Position numbers and translations under genes: made by a program. The notes under the pieces were generated by a model. The model did not search any database and had not been told where the DNA came from. It saw only the letters and a list, made by a program, of their open reading frames with translations. Positions 36,800-45,735 of a stretch of 64,000 bases of DNA are shown here, piece by piece. The DNA is taken from IMG/VR virus record IMGVR_UViG_2830161386_000001, positions 96,001-160,000 of that record. One strand, 5' to 3'. Positions within the stretch are counted from its first letter, which is position 1; the number at the start of each line of letters is the position of its first letter. Source of the DNA: a virus. Taxonomy: Duplodnaviria; Caudoviricetes.

Positions 36800-36828
36800 T
36801 GGCCTAACATTTGATTTGCAGAATGGGC

Positions 36829-37647
36829 TTACACGTCTGCGGCCTTGTAGCCAAGCTCCTCCAGACGGTCGGTGAAGTGGCCCCGCAGATCGTCGATCTC
36901 CTCAAGCATCCATCGGAGGTAGTCCGGCTCGTTTTTCAGGACCCACTCCAGCGACCGGTTCTGGTCGCCAAACTTCCCGAAGTCCAGGCGCATCGCCCCA
37001 TCCTCATCCCGGTAGAGCCGCCGCTTTTCATCGAGATAGCCGTCGGACATCTCCTCGGCGATCCCCTCTACCGTGCCGGGGAGCCCAAACTCCTCGACCT
37101 GCCGGCTTAGCACTTCCGTCGTGCCGATCACGTCGGCAAGCGCCTCGTGAGCGCCCTCCAGCTCCACGCCGGTATACCGCTCGTAGACCGCCTCCAAGGA
37201 AAGGCTCCGGCAGTACTTCTCCATCTCGTAGATGTCAAGCACCTCACGGTCCTCCGGCGGCGGAAGCTCCGCTCCAATCCGGCCGAGCTCCGCCTCCAGA
37301 AGCGGAAGGTCGTAGGACTTGAGGTTGTACCCCGCCAGGTCGGCCCCCTCGAAATAGGAGAGCATGTAGTCGGCTACGTCCTCCAGGGGCGGGGCAAAAG
37401 TCAGCTCCTGGGTGGTAATGCCGGTCAGCGCCTCGACCTCACTTGGCACCGAGCGCTTCGGGTCGATCTTCTGGTCGAACGTGTCGGCCTGGCCGCCCGG
37501 CTCAATCCGGGCGATGCCGACCTGGATGATCCGGTCGGTGTCGACGTCCGTCCCGGTCGCCTCCAGGTCGAAAACGCACAGCGGGCGGCTCAGTCTCAGG
37601 TCAAGACTGTCGGCGATCGTCTCAGTCTGCTTGGTTGTCGTGCTCAT
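36829..37647 (-). CDS. DEDDh 3'-5' exonuclease (DnaQ/ExoX-like)
   Basis: VFDLEATG, GYN..YD, AHEALADV, C-terminal FGK..YLRW motif. Confidence 0.92.
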   Translation of the reverse strand: MSTTTKQTETIADSLDLRLSRPLCVFDLEATGTDVDTDRIIQVGIARIEPGGQADTFDQKIDPKRSVPSEVEALTGITTQELTFAPPLEDVADYMLSYFEGADLAGYNLKSYDLPLLEAELGRIGAELPPPEDREVLDIYEMEKYCRSLSLEAVYERYTGVELEGAHEALADVIGTTEVLSRQVEEFGLPGTVEGIAEEMSDGYLDEKRRLYRDEDGAMRLDFGKFGDQNRSLEWVLKNEPDYLRWMLEEIDDLRGHFTDRLEELGYKAADV

Positions 37648-37670
37648 AAGGTCAAAAATAGGTGTTGTGG

Positions 37671-38201
37671 TTAAGAAAGCTCAGAAAGGGTTTCCACGTA
37701 GGGCAGCTCTCCCCGCGCCCCACGGTTCCACGGCCGGGCCAGAACTACGCCGTCTGCGTCCGGCAGCTCCCCGGCGGCCCGGGCGTTTTTTGGCCGGTCG
37801 TCTACAAAGAGGCTCGCCCCGCACGCCCGGAGCGCCTCCTTCTTGGAGTTTCCGGGCCCGACGGTGTGGACCGGCGCCGGGGGAAATCCATGCTTTTGAA
37901 GCCAGTGTTTCGACACCGGAGAGCCGATCGGCCGGGAAGTCACGTAGGCGTTGACCGGCCCCTCTACATAGGCGTCTTCGTAGGGCTCAAGGCCAAGCCA
38001 CCAGGACGGGTCGTTCTCGATGGAGGTCCACACCATTTCAAACGCCGTGTCGTCAATCGGGGACCAGCTGTCCCAGTGGGTCCAGTGCGGCAGGAGCTTC
38101 TCGCCGGGCACCCCCATCCGTCGGGCGGTGTCCAGCACCCCAGCCACGAAGTTTGCCAGCACGCCGTCGATGTCCAGGGTCGGTGGGCCGTCGGTGTCCA
38201 T
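37671..38201 (-). CDS. HAD-family 5'(3')-deoxyribonucleotidase-like protein
   Basis: LDIDGVLANF, VTSR, K, FVDD, PWN. Confidence 0.85.
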   Translation of the reverse strand: MDTDGPPTLDIDGVLANFVAGVLDTARRMGVPGEKLLPHWTHWDSWSPIDDTAFEMVWTSIENDPSWWLGLEPYEDAYVEGPVNAYVTSRPIGSPVSKHWLQKHGFPPAPVHTVGPGNSKKEALRACGASLFVDDRPKNARAAGELPDADGVVLARPWNRGARGELPYVETLSELS

Positions 38202-38258
38202 ACCTAGTTGTTTGGGCTATCAGGATGTATGGGGAATAAGGGTTTCGGGAAGGGTGGG

Positions 38259-39416
38259 CTAAGCGGCCATCGGAAGATCCGCCTCCAGCTTCGGGTTCGG
38301 GTCGTATCCGGTCACCTCAATCTCGCTTGCCTCATGCTCAAAAATCGAAACCGCCTCGGGAACCTCAATTTCAGGGGAGTGCTGCGGAAGAGGGCGCTCG
38401 CAGAGGTCTCGGGCCGCCTCCATATGGTTGTGGTACACGTGGCAGTCCCCGCCCTGAAACACCAGGTCCCCGACCGCCATCCCGGCCTCCTCGGCCAGAA
38501 GATGCGCCAAAAGCCCGTAGCCAGCGATGTTGAACGGGAGCCCGAGAACGCTGTCCGTCGACCGCTGGGACCACACCAGATGCAGGCGGCGCTTTGGCAC
38601 GTCCACCGCGTTTAGAAGCTCGACGGGGTCCTCCTGACGGATTTTCTTTCCGTTCTGGCGGGCCATCCGTACCCGCTCGTCTTCGGAAAGCGGTTCGGTC
38701 AAGACTTGAAACCCGGTGTGGCACGGCGGCGGCTCGGCCTTCTCGCTCTCCGGCGCGCCGGGCATGTGGTAGGCAGGCTTCCAGGCCTCGACTTTCAGGC
38801 GGCGAGAGTCTGGGTTCTCCTCCAGCTGCTGGAGCAGGTTATCGATCTGGTCGACCCCGCCTGCGTCCCGCCACCGGGCGCCGTAGATCTCTCCCATCTC
38901 GCCCCACATGCCCGCGAAGTTGCCCTCTGCCGGGCGGTCGCAGGCTTTAATAAGCCGCTCGAACTCCTCCTTCGAACCCGCGGCCCCGCCGCCGGGCGCC
39001 TCGCTGGTTGCCTTCCGGTAGTTTTTGTAGGCGTTGCCGGTCCAAATCCCAACGCTGTCTTGAAGCAGGTGCCAGATGTTGGTCCGCCCCCGCAGGAACC
39101 ACATCATCTCTCGGAACGCCCCGAACGCCCAGATCGGGCGCAAACCGATCAGGGGAAAACCCTCCTCCAAGTCAAAGCGCAATTGCCGCCCGACCAGCTT
39201 TCGGGTGCCAACGCCGGTTCGGTCGCTTGCGTCGAACCCACCGTCGACGATTTTCCGGAGGTACGCCCGGTATTTCCGGTCGGCCGCCGCGCTGTCAGGG
39301 CCGGGCGAGCGGTAGGTGGTGTCTCGAAGGGTGCTTGTTGAAGAGGCGGTCAGCGGGTGAGGTTCTCCCGCCTCGCCGTTTAGGTCTTCGTAGTAAGCGG
39401 TGTCGTCGTTAGGCAT
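38259..39416 (-). CDS. thyA: Thymidylate synthase
   Basis: DRTGVGT, YG.RWR, SRR, PPCH, QRSTD..LGLPFN, GDCHVYHNH. Confidence 0.96.
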   Translation of the reverse strand: MPNDDTAYYEDLNGEAGEPHPLTASSTSTLRDTTYRSPGPDSAAADRKYRAYLRKIVDGGFDASDRTGVGTRKLVGRQLRFDLEEGFPLIGLRPIWAFGAFREMMWFLRGRTNIWHLLQDSVGIWTGNAYKNYRKATSEAPGGGAAGSKEEFERLIKACDRPAEGNFAGMWGEMGEIYGARWRDAGGVDQIDNLLQQLEENPDSRRLKVEAWKPAYHMPGAPESEKAEPPPCHTGFQVLTEPLSEDERVRMARQNGKKIRQEDPVELLNAVDVPKRRLHLVWSQRSTDSVLGLPFNIAGYGLLAHLLAEEAGMAVGDLVFQGGDCHVYHNHMEAARDLCERPLPQHSPEIEVPEAVSIFEHEASEIEVTGYDPNPKLEADLPMAA

Positions 39417-39428
39417 GTCGGCAAATCG

Positions 39429-39977
39429 CTAAGCAATGTAAAGAACAGAAGCAATGGCGGCGGCGACCGGGACGTGCCAAAGCAGGCCGTGCCGGACGCC
39501 GTGCTCATATCGAGCGCGGTTCCACGGGAAGCTAAACTGGCCCCAAAGGGCAAGCCCCAAAACGCCGGCGGGCACCAGCGCCTTAAGGCCCGCGGTGTAG
39601 GCCAGCGCGGCCAAGATCACGGCCGACCAGTACCCGATGTGGTGGAAGCTGGACGTGTGGTCTAAGTTTTCGTAGTAGAACCACCAAAACGCAATCGCGG
39701 CCAGCGGGGCTTGCGCCGGGCCGCCCAGCGCCCGGTTGACCACAACTGCGGCCACCGAAGACATAAGCATCATCATCCCCAGCTCGTCGAACCGGCGGGC
39801 CCGGACCGACTCGAAGCGGTGCCACATCCAAGAGCCGACGCAGGTCATCGCGCCGGCGGGCACCACGGCCCACGTTTCCCAAAACCCCATTGGAACCAGG
39901 GCTAAAAACGCGAACGAGAGGTTTGTCCACTCGTCTACGGCGGGGAACCGGTACTCTACGTCTGCAAGCTGTGCCAT
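39429..39977 (-). CDS. Multi-TM protein with CREST (ceramidase/hemolysin III)-like motifs
   Basis: SWMWH, D, HGLLWH on hydrophobic helices. Confidence 0.6.
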   Translation of the reverse strand: MAQLADVEYRFPAVDEWTNLSFAFLALVPMGFWETWAVVPAGAMTCVGSWMWHRFESVRARRFDELGMMMLMSSVAAVVVNRALGGPAQAPLAAIAFWWFYYENLDHTSSFHHIGYWSAVILAALAYTAGLKALVPAGVLGLALWGQFSFPWNRARYEHGVRHGLLWHVPVAAAIASVLYIA

Positions 39978-40032
39978 CGGTATTGGTTGGTTTGTTGAAC
40001 GCTCTTGCGGGAGTGCGTCTTGGCGGCAGCTG

Positions 40033-40048
40033 AGTCCCAGCTGGGACT
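40033..40048. repeat. 16-bp palindrome copy
   Basis: agtcccagctgggact, 6 nt 3' of the dut stop. Confidence 0.95.
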
Positions 40049-40054
40049 GAGGCG

Positions 40055-40624
40055 CTACACGCCGGTGGACCCGAAGCCGCCCTCCCCTCGATCCGTGTCG
40101 GACGGGACCTCCTCGACCTCCTCGAATTGGGGGCGGATTACCGGACGGATTGCGGCTTGGGCGATGCGGTCCCCCGTTTCAACCGCAAACGGATCGCCGG
40201 ATCGGTTTTCAAGAAGGACCTTCACCTCGCCTCGGTAGCCGGGGTCGACGGTTCCGGGACTGTTGGCGACGCTAATGCCACTTCGGGCCAGCCCACTTCG
40301 GGGGCGGATTTGCATCTCTAAGTTGGGGGGAAGGGCGATTTTCAGCCCAGTGGGGACAAGGGTGTTTTTCCCAGACGGAATGATAATCCCCTGCGCGCTC
40401 GGGTCGACGCCCTCAGCGTTTATGAAGGCCCGCAGGTCCAGCGCCGCGTCTAAGGCGTTTTCCTGCCGGGGCATGTCTACGTCCTCGTGCATGCGCTCGA
40501 CGTGGACGGTCGGGCGCTCGGCCCCCCGAGGGGCGCCTTCAAATTCGATGTCAACGTCTGTAGGAGCGTCTTCACTGCCGCTATGTGGGGCGGCGGGAGA
40601 AGCGCTTGCGTTTGGCGTGCTCAT
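40055..40624 (-). CDS. dut: Trimeric dUTPase
   Basis: AALDL, RPRSGLA, GTVDPGYRGE, GDRIAQ, RGEGGFGSTG; start uncertain (40624 or 40666). Confidence 0.96.
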   Translation of the reverse strand: MSTPNASASPAAPHSGSEDAPTDVDIEFEGAPRGAERPTVHVERMHEDVDMPRQENALDAALDLRAFINAEGVDPSAQGIIIPSGKNTLVPTGLKIALPPNLEMQIRPRSGLARSGISVANSPGTVDPGYRGEVKVLLENRSGDPFAVETGDRIAQAAIRPVIRPQFEEVEEVPSDTDRGEGGFGSTGV

Positions 40625-40671
40625 CGGTATCGATTCGGGTGGGTGGTGCGGAAGAAGAGTGGACATAGTTG

Positions 40672-40935
40672 CTACCGGCCTGGCGGATTTGACTCCGGGC
40701 GGGACGGAAACAGGTCTTTGGTGTTGGGGTCGCGGTTGTACTGGAAGGCTAGCTCCTCGTCGCCGGCCATCTCGCAGAGGTTCTCGTAGTCGCTTCGGCC
40801 GATGTGTTCGGCTTCCTCGTAGCCGCTGGCCTCCAGAAGGCGCTGGGCGCCAGAGCGGCTGTAACCGGTCTCCAGCGCAATCGCCCAAAACCGGGCGGCT
40901 TGCTGATCGGAAATCGTCGTGTCAAGATCACTCAT
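40672..40935 (-). CDS. Hypothetical protein
   Basis: Start re-called to MSDLDT. Confidence 0.6.
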   Translation of the reverse strand: MSDLDTTISDQQAARFWAIALETGYSRSGAQRLLEASGYEEAEHIGRSDYENLCEMAGDEELAFQYNRDPNTKDLFPSRPESNPPGR

Positions 40936-40957
40936 AACAGGTAGAAGCTGTTGATGA

Positions 40958-41182
40958 CTAAGAGTCTTGATTCGTGGAGTGAGACTCGATAACGTCGGTT
41001 GGATCAAGCTCTTGTTCAGCCGCTTCCAACCGCTGGACCGCCGACGCCGAAGCCCTCGCCTCATCCGCCCGGCCTCGGTAATACTCCCGAAGGGCGGCGG
41101 TGCTGGCCGCGTCCGCCCGCTCGTCGTAGCGGCGCGCTGCGGCTTCAAACTGGCGGCGAACGGCCCCGATGCTGTTGATCAT
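40958..41182 (-). CDS. Hypothetical protein
   Basis: 74 aa, helical. Confidence 0.55.
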   Translation of the reverse strand: MINSIGAVRRQFEAAARRYDERADAASTAALREYYRGRADEARASASAVQRLEAAEQELDPTDVIESHSTNQDS

Positions 41183-41230
41183 AGGGGCGCTGTTTGCTCT
41201 GAAAAAGCCAAATGTAGAAAGAACAGTTCG

Positions 41231-41303
41231 TAGGCCCGGCAGGACTCGAACCTGCGACTTTCCGGTTAAAAGCCGGAAGCTCTGCCAACTGAGCTACGGA
41301 CCT
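41231..41303 (-). tRNA. tRNA-Lys(UUU), CCA not encoded
   Basis: AGGTCCG TAGCTCAGTTGGCAGAGC T TCCGG CTTTTAA CCGGA AAGTC GCAGG TTCGAGT CCTGC CGGGCCT A folds as a cloverleaf. Confidence 0.96.
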
Positions 41304-41326
41304 AACAGCCTGCGCCAAGCGGGGCG

Positions 41327-41821
41327 CTACCGGAGAAGCTCTCGCTGGTTAAAAACGCTCATAAAGTCGAGCACCCGCCCGTCTTGGCCGGTGATAACGG
41401 TGTAGTCGCTTCCGGTCAAGGGGTAGACGTGCACTAGGCTATCGGCCTCAGGGAGCACGTTGTCCGTCCGGACCCCATCGGGGACCGATTTGGGGAAGCA
41501 GTGCACCAGAAGGTCGTATTCCTGCGACTTGCGGAGAAGACGGGCCTGCTGCCTCTCTTGTCCAGGGGCGTAGTGCTGGACCCACACCGACAGGGTATCG
41601 CCGGTAATCGGCTCCAGCCTGCGATTGACCTCGACAAGATCGACGCTGTTGCCGTACCCGGGGCGAAGCTGCCCGCGCACGAGCACCTGCGTCACCGTTC
41701 GGTCTGGATCCGCGTTCTTAAAAAAGCGGACGTTCCGTTTTTCCGAATCGTCTCCAGAAACGGCAATTCCGCAGGCCAAGACGACAGCACAAAAAAGAGC
41801 AGTAAGGTAGCGCATCGGCAT
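41327..41821 (-). CDS. Exported or membrane-anchored hypothetical protein
   Basis: Signal-like N-terminus MPMRYLTALFCAVVLAC. Confidence 0.6.
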   Translation of the reverse strand: MPMRYLTALFCAVVLACGIAVSGDDSEKRNVRFFKNADPDRTVTQVLVRGQLRPGYGNSVDLVEVNRRLEPITGDTLSVWVQHYAPGQERQQARLLRKSQEYDLLVHCFPKSVPDGVRTDNVLPEADSLVHVYPLTGSDYTVITGQDGRVLDFMSVFNQRELLR

Positions 41822-41829
41822 TGGGTGGC

Positions 41830-41865
41830 AAAAAAGAATGCCCAGCCATCCGGTTTGGCTGGGCA
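41830..41865 (-). terminator. Intrinsic terminator
   Basis: tgcccagcca...tggctgggca stem with T-tract on minus strand. Confidence 0.7.
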
Positions 41866-41875
41866 ATCCGGCGAA

Positions 41876-42295
41876 CTACTCGCTTGCGGTTTGAACCTCT
41901 TCGGCAAGGTAGACCTGCACGTCGGCCGCCCGCTCGGGGCCGATGTACTGAATCTCCGTCAGGTCCTCTCGGCCAAGCAGGTCGTTTAGATGTTGCACCC
42001 CGCCAGCCTCAAGCCAGCCTCGATGCGGGATGTCCTCGGGCAGGTCCACTTGCAGCTCCGGCGCCTCGTCGGCAAAGGAGGCCGTTCCGAAAGAAGCTGT
42101 CTCATCTTCGCCTGTTTGCACACCGGCGGCGGGCTCGTCCCGGCTTCCGGGCGCAACGGAGCTGTTTTCTTCCTCAGGCGGAGCGAGCGTCGTCTCCGAG
42201 GAGCCGCTTTGATACTCGTTTGGCCAGATGTAGAGGGAAAGAAACGCAAGGGTGGCAATTGCGAGAACGAGAACCGAAAGGAAAAACGCAATCAT
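41876..42295 (-). CDS. Membrane-anchored protein with C-terminal helix-hairpin-helix
   Basis: N-terminal TM, acidic linker, LTEIQYIGPERA. Confidence 0.6.
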   Translation of the reverse strand: MIAFFLSVLVLAIATLAFLSLYIWPNEYQSGSSETTLAPPEEENSSVAPGSRDEPAAGVQTGEDETASFGTASFADEAPELQVDLPEDIPHRGWLEAGGVQHLNDLLGREDLTEIQYIGPERAADVQVYLAEEVQTASE

Positions 42296-42340
42296 AACGG
42301 CGCTTTGGTTTTGCGTGGCTTGTTCAAATGCAATTTAGCA

Positions 42341-42598
42341 TCAGGCCGGATTTTTCTTGTGGTCCTTACCGGCCCGCCGCTCCTCCTGTCGGATTTGCGG
42401 GAAAAACTGCTCGATGATGCCGGGTGCAAGGTGGCGCTTTCTGCACCCGTCACACAGGAGAAAAACCTTGTCTGGATTAACGCGGGCCTCAGCATGGTTT
42501 GCAGTTTCGGTGTGCGTTACGCAGAACGACCTGCCGCACTCGTCGCACATCCAGTGGCCCCTTCGCATACAGCCGTCTTGTGAGCATTGGCCAACCAT
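42341..42598 (-). CDS. Cys/His zinc-finger protein, paralog 1
   Basis: CxxxGC..CxxC..CxxH..LCxxC..GIIEQFFP. Confidence 0.75.
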   Translation of the reverse strand: MVGQCSQDGCMRRGHWMCDECGRSFCVTHTETANHAEARVNPDKVFLLCDGCRKRHLAPGIIEQFFPQIRQEERRAGKDHKKNPA

Positions 42599-42610
42599 GG
42601 CTTGGGCGTT

Positions 42611-42835
42611 TCATTGAGCGATTTGTGGAAAGTGCTGCTCGATAATGCCGGGCGCCCGGCGTTTTCTTTTCTTTATGCACATGTCGCACAGGCCAATCGT
42701 GTTGTCCAATAAGTCGACAATGTCGATTTCATCGCCGTATTGAATATGCAAATCGCAGAAGACCTGGTGGCAGCGGTCGCATCGCCAGGCAGGCTTTGCC
42801 CAGCACCCTTCACGTCTGCAACGAGAATGTGTCAT
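42611..42835 (-). CDS. Cys/His zinc-finger protein, paralog 2
   Basis: Same pattern, ends PGIIEQHFP. Confidence 0.75.
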   Translation of the reverse strand: MTHSRCRREGCWAKPAWRCDRCHQVFCDLHIQYGDEIDIVDLLDNTIGLCDMCIKKRKRRAPGIIEQHFPQIAQ

Positions 42836-42847
42836 GGCTTCGTGTTT

Positions 42848-43054
42848 TTATGTGACGTCTGGAAAATGCTGCTCGATGATGCCAAGAGCGGACTGCTCTT
42901 TCTCCTTGCACGTCCAGCACAAGAGCATGACCCGCTGAGGGTTTGCCCCCGACGCCGTGTGTTTAAGGCAGACAAGTCCTCCGCACTTATCACAACACGC
43001 AACGCCGTTCTTTTGGCATCCTTCTCGTTTACATGGAGTCGGAGAATAAGACAT
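42848..43054 (-). CDS. Cys/His zinc-finger protein, paralog 3
   Basis: Same pattern, ends LGIIEQHFP. Confidence 0.75.
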   Translation of the reverse strand: MSYSPTPCKREGCQKNGVACCDKCGGLVCLKHTASGANPQRVMLLCWTCKEKEQSALGIIEQHFPDVT

Positions 43055-43341
43055 TATGTGGTGGCGCCGTTGAGCTTTTCTTCGAGACGCTTGGCCGCCT
43101 GCTCCAGCGAGCGGGCACGCTCTCGCTTCTCCTTGGCAAAGCCGGGCATCTGCTCCTCTTCGTATGCGCTCGCTTTAGCGCGGAGCTTACGCGCCAGAGA
43201 GAGCCGCTGGTCAATCGCCTGCCGGATGCCGCGAGCAAGGTCTCGGTTTATTCGCTTTACGTCCTGGCCCTTTCCGCGGGCGCTTTTAATGTCAAACCTT
43301 CCGCCCTTCCTCGAAGCCGTCGAAAACGTGGTTTGGTGCAT
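43054..43341 (-). CDS. Basic helical protein, paralog of 43440..43727
   Basis: INR.L...A..LR..AS..EEE...A.RL.EKL. Confidence 0.65.
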   Translation of the reverse strand: MHQTTFSTASRKGGRFDIKSARGKGQDVKRINRDLARGIRQAIDQRLSLARKLRAKASAYEEEQMPGFAKEKRERARSLEQAAKRLEEKLNGATT

Positions 43342-43375
43342 CGGTGTAGAGTAATCGGTGTGCCGTTTACCGTGA

Positions 43376-43409
43376 GAAAAAAGAAACGGCCCGGGGCAGT
43401 CCCGGGCCG
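43376..43409 (-). terminator. Intrinsic terminator
   Basis: cggcccggg/cccgggccg stem with T-tract. Confidence 0.7.
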
Positions 43410-43439
43410 CCTTGTAGCTCGCGCTCTTCCTCGCTTGCC

Positions 43440-43727
43440 TTATTCGAGCTTCTCTTGAAGCCGGCTCGCCTTCTCCAGCGCTCTCTTCGACGCTCGTCGC
43501 TTTTGCGCGGCTACGTCGGTATAGCCCTCCTCTTCGGCCACCGACGCCTCTACGCGAAGCTCATCGGCCTCACGCTCTTTTTCTTTGATTCGCTTTTGCA
43601 ACGAACGGTTGATCTCAACGCCCCGGATCCCCATCGCGCCCTGGGACCGCCGAACTTCCGGGCCTCTTGGCCGCCAGGATCCACCGAGCATGCTTGTCTT
43701 TCTCGTTTTCGAGCGAAGAAGTCTCAT
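43440..43727 (-). CDS. Basic helical protein, paralog of 43054..43341
   Basis: Start re-called to MRLLRS. Confidence 0.6.
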   Translation of the reverse strand: MRLLRSKTRKTSMLGGSWRPRGPEVRRSQGAMGIRGVEINRSLQKRIKEKEREADELRVEASVAEEEGYTDVAAQKRRASKRALEKASRLQEKLE

Positions 43728-43758
43728 GTCAAAAGCTGTAGGTCTAAGGTAAGAACAC

Positions 43759-43787
43759 AAAAAACGCGGCCCCGTCTTCGGGCCGCG
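43759..43787 (-). terminator. Intrinsic terminator
   Basis: cgcggccc(cgtcttc)gggccgcg with T6. Confidence 0.75.
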
Positions 43788-43809
43788 CCTCTTTGTTCAA
43801 AATGAGCAG

Positions 43810-44241
43810 TTACGCCGGCTGAAGCTCCCGCTCCTCTTCCTCCTCTTCGGTGTCTGGGGTTCCCGTGCCGGGGTCTTCGTCTGGGTCTTCGGCGCCGGAG
43901 TCTTCTGTGCTGGGCTCTTCGACCCAGAGCTTCTTGTCGGGGACCTCTTCCTCAAGCCACTCCGCAATGGCCTCCCGGCTCATTCCGACCTGGTCGTTAA
44001 GGTGAATGATCGAGTCAGAAAGCGAAGAGGGGCAAGGCGCGCCTCCGACGCCGGATATGTCCCTGTCGTCAATCCCGAGGACACATTCGCTTGCGTTTTG
44101 CTGGCTTGCCTCTTTCCCCTGCAACGCAACGGCGGCGGCCCCGATTGCGCAGGCCGAATTTCCCATTCTCTTGAAGTAATGACCGGTGCCAGGGTCGGTG
44201 ACTTCCGCACCTTCTCGGATAAGGTTAGGCAGGTATGCCAT
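43810..44241 (-). CDS. Hypothetical protein (CAIG..IIHLND..SREAIAEWLE), acidic tail
   Basis: Start re-called to MAYLP. Confidence 0.7.
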   Translation of the reverse strand: MAYLPNLIREGAEVTDPGTGHYFKRMGNSACAIGAAAVALQGKEASQQNASECVLGIDDRDISGVGGAPCPSSLSDSIIHLNDQVGMSREAIAEWLEEEVPDKKLWVEEPSTEDSGAEDPDEDPGTGTPDTEEEEEERELQPA

Positions 44242-44266
44242 AGTAGAAGAAAGGTTGGTCAAAATG

Positions 44267-44455
44267 TTAGCTTGAGTATTCGTCGTAGATGGAGGCGACC
44301 TTGCTTTTCAGGTCTTCGTACTTAAACGCGCCGGTCTGCTTCTCGGGCGCCGTAAACGAAAACTCCACCGACACCTTCTGCTCGCCGAGGCCCTCCTCGA
44401 CGGTGATGGTGCCGATTTCCTCGCCGAAGTCGTCTTCAATAGAGATCGTGTCCAT
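44267..44455 (-). CDS. Small acidic hypothetical protein
   Basis: 62 aa. Confidence 0.65.
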   Translation of the reverse strand: MDTISIEDDFGEEIGTITVEEGLGEQKVSVEFSFTAPEKQTGAFKYEDLKSKVASIYDEYSS

Positions 44456-44483
44456 AACTGGTCAGTAGGTTTTGAGTAGCCAT

Positions 44484-44759
44484 TTACGAAAATCGGTTTT
44501 CGTACCGCCCGGTTAGCTCCGCCAGAACGGCGACCTTCGTCCGCATCTCCATGCGGGCGTGCCGGGCCTCTTGCTTTGAGGCGTCGCTAGCCTTCCGGTA
44601 CAAGTCGATGAGCGCCTTTTGCTTCGGCTTCAGCTCCCGGACGACCGCCCACGCCGCTTCCTTGGGGCTTGCCGTCGTGTTTTGGACCCGAGAGCGCATC
44701 GCCTCTACAAGGTCGTCGTAATTGACCCCTGGGACGGGGTCGGTCTTTACCGTTGCCAT
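44484..44759 (-). CDS. Hypothetical protein
   Basis: 91 aa. Confidence 0.65.
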   Translation of the reverse strand: MATVKTDPVPGVNYDDLVEAMRSRVQNTTASPKEAAWAVVRELKPKQKALIDLYRKASDASKQEARHARMEMRTKVAVLAELTGRYENRFS

Positions 44760-44794
44760 ATCGGTGTGGGGCTCCTGTGAGAAAACTTGTGACC

Positions 44795-44810
44795 AGTCCC
44801 AGCTGGGACT
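44795..44810. repeat. 16-bp palindrome copy
   Basis: agtcccagctgggact, 3 nt 3' of a stop codon. Confidence 0.95.
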
Positions 44811-44813
44811 AAG

Positions 44814-45311
44814 CTAAATGCCGCTTGACGTCAGGTTCTCCGTCTCCTGAGCCTGCTCCTGCACAGTCGTGGGCGTGAGGTTAAACACCGCGCCGCCAAA
44901 TTTGACGCGAATGCGGCTCGCCTCCGCCACGGCCGCTAGGTCCGAGGCGTTTATCGCGATGCCGTGCACCTCCCGCACGCCGGGGCCGTCCGCTTCGGTG
45001 CGGATTTCGTAGAGGTCCCACTCGTAGCGCTCCCCGTCGATTAGGGCGTAGGCGGTGTCGGTATTGAGGAAGTTCCAGCTCTCGGACTTCGTGCCAAACG
45101 CCAGGATGTAAACGTCATTGGCCGTCAGCACCGCAACGCGGGCCCAGTCCAGGTAGTGCTGCGGGTGCTCCTCGACCGGCAGCCGGTCGTACTCGCATTG
45201 GATGCTGGTCTCGCCGGTAAACTCGTCGGTCTCCGCCTCACAGAGGTCTTGGCCCGAGGCCGGGGCGGTGAGAAAGAGCGCGAAAAGCGCGGCTGTGATC
45301 GTTCGAAGCAT
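44814..45311 (-). CDS. Secreted hypothetical protein
   Basis: Signal peptide MLRTITAALFALFLTAPASG; DEFTG motif. Confidence 0.7.
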   Translation of the reverse strand: MLRTITAALFALFLTAPASGQDLCEAETDEFTGETSIQCEYDRLPVEEHPQHYLDWARVAVLTANDVYILAFGTKSESWNFLNTDTAYALIDGERYEWDLYEIRTEADGPGVREVHGIAINASDLAAVAEASRIRVKFGGAVFNLTPTTVQEQAQETENLTSSGI

Positions 45312-45362
45312 GTCTGCCAGTTAAGAACGGTTGGTCAAAATGGTTTTGAAAGCGGTCGTCCG

Positions 45363-45665
45363 TTACTCAAGAACGGCGATGCGGCGGCCGCCGATTTCGT
45401 AGGTCGGCACTTTTCCTTCCTGCTCGTACCGTTTTGTCTCCGGGTCGTAACTGCCCTCTTCGTAGAAGACCTCGCCCTCCGGCTCTTGCGACTCGATGGC
45501 GTCGGAAAGCGCCTCTTCCGCCTTTGCGCCGAGCACGTAGTCGATCTGAGCCGCGAAGTCCTCGGCCGTCTCCTCGAAGTTTCCGATTCGCTCGTTGTAC
45601 CGCTGGGCAGCCCGGCGGCTAAAGTCAACGTCTTTCAAGATTTCCTTTGTGCGGTCCAGTCCCAT
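45363..45665 (-). CDS. Acidic hypothetical protein
   Basis: 100 aa. Confidence 0.65.
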   Translation of the reverse strand: MGLDRTKEILKDVDFSRRAAQRYNERIGNFEETAEDFAAQIDYVLGAKAEEALSDAIESQEPEGEVFYEEGSYDPETKRYEQEGKVPTYEIGGRRIAVLE

Positions 45666-45735
45666 AGTGCTTTGAAGGTGTCTTTAATGAGAGGAGGGGG
45701 CTCTCGCCCCTGCGAATAGTTTACGCAAGTGGGGC

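Noticed and set aside
38259-39416. ThyA-like gene as a dCMP/dUMP hydroxymethylase for DNA hypermodification
   Set aside because: It retains canonical ThyA motifs including the PFN asparagine that specifies dUMP, and no modification genes are recognisable nearby.
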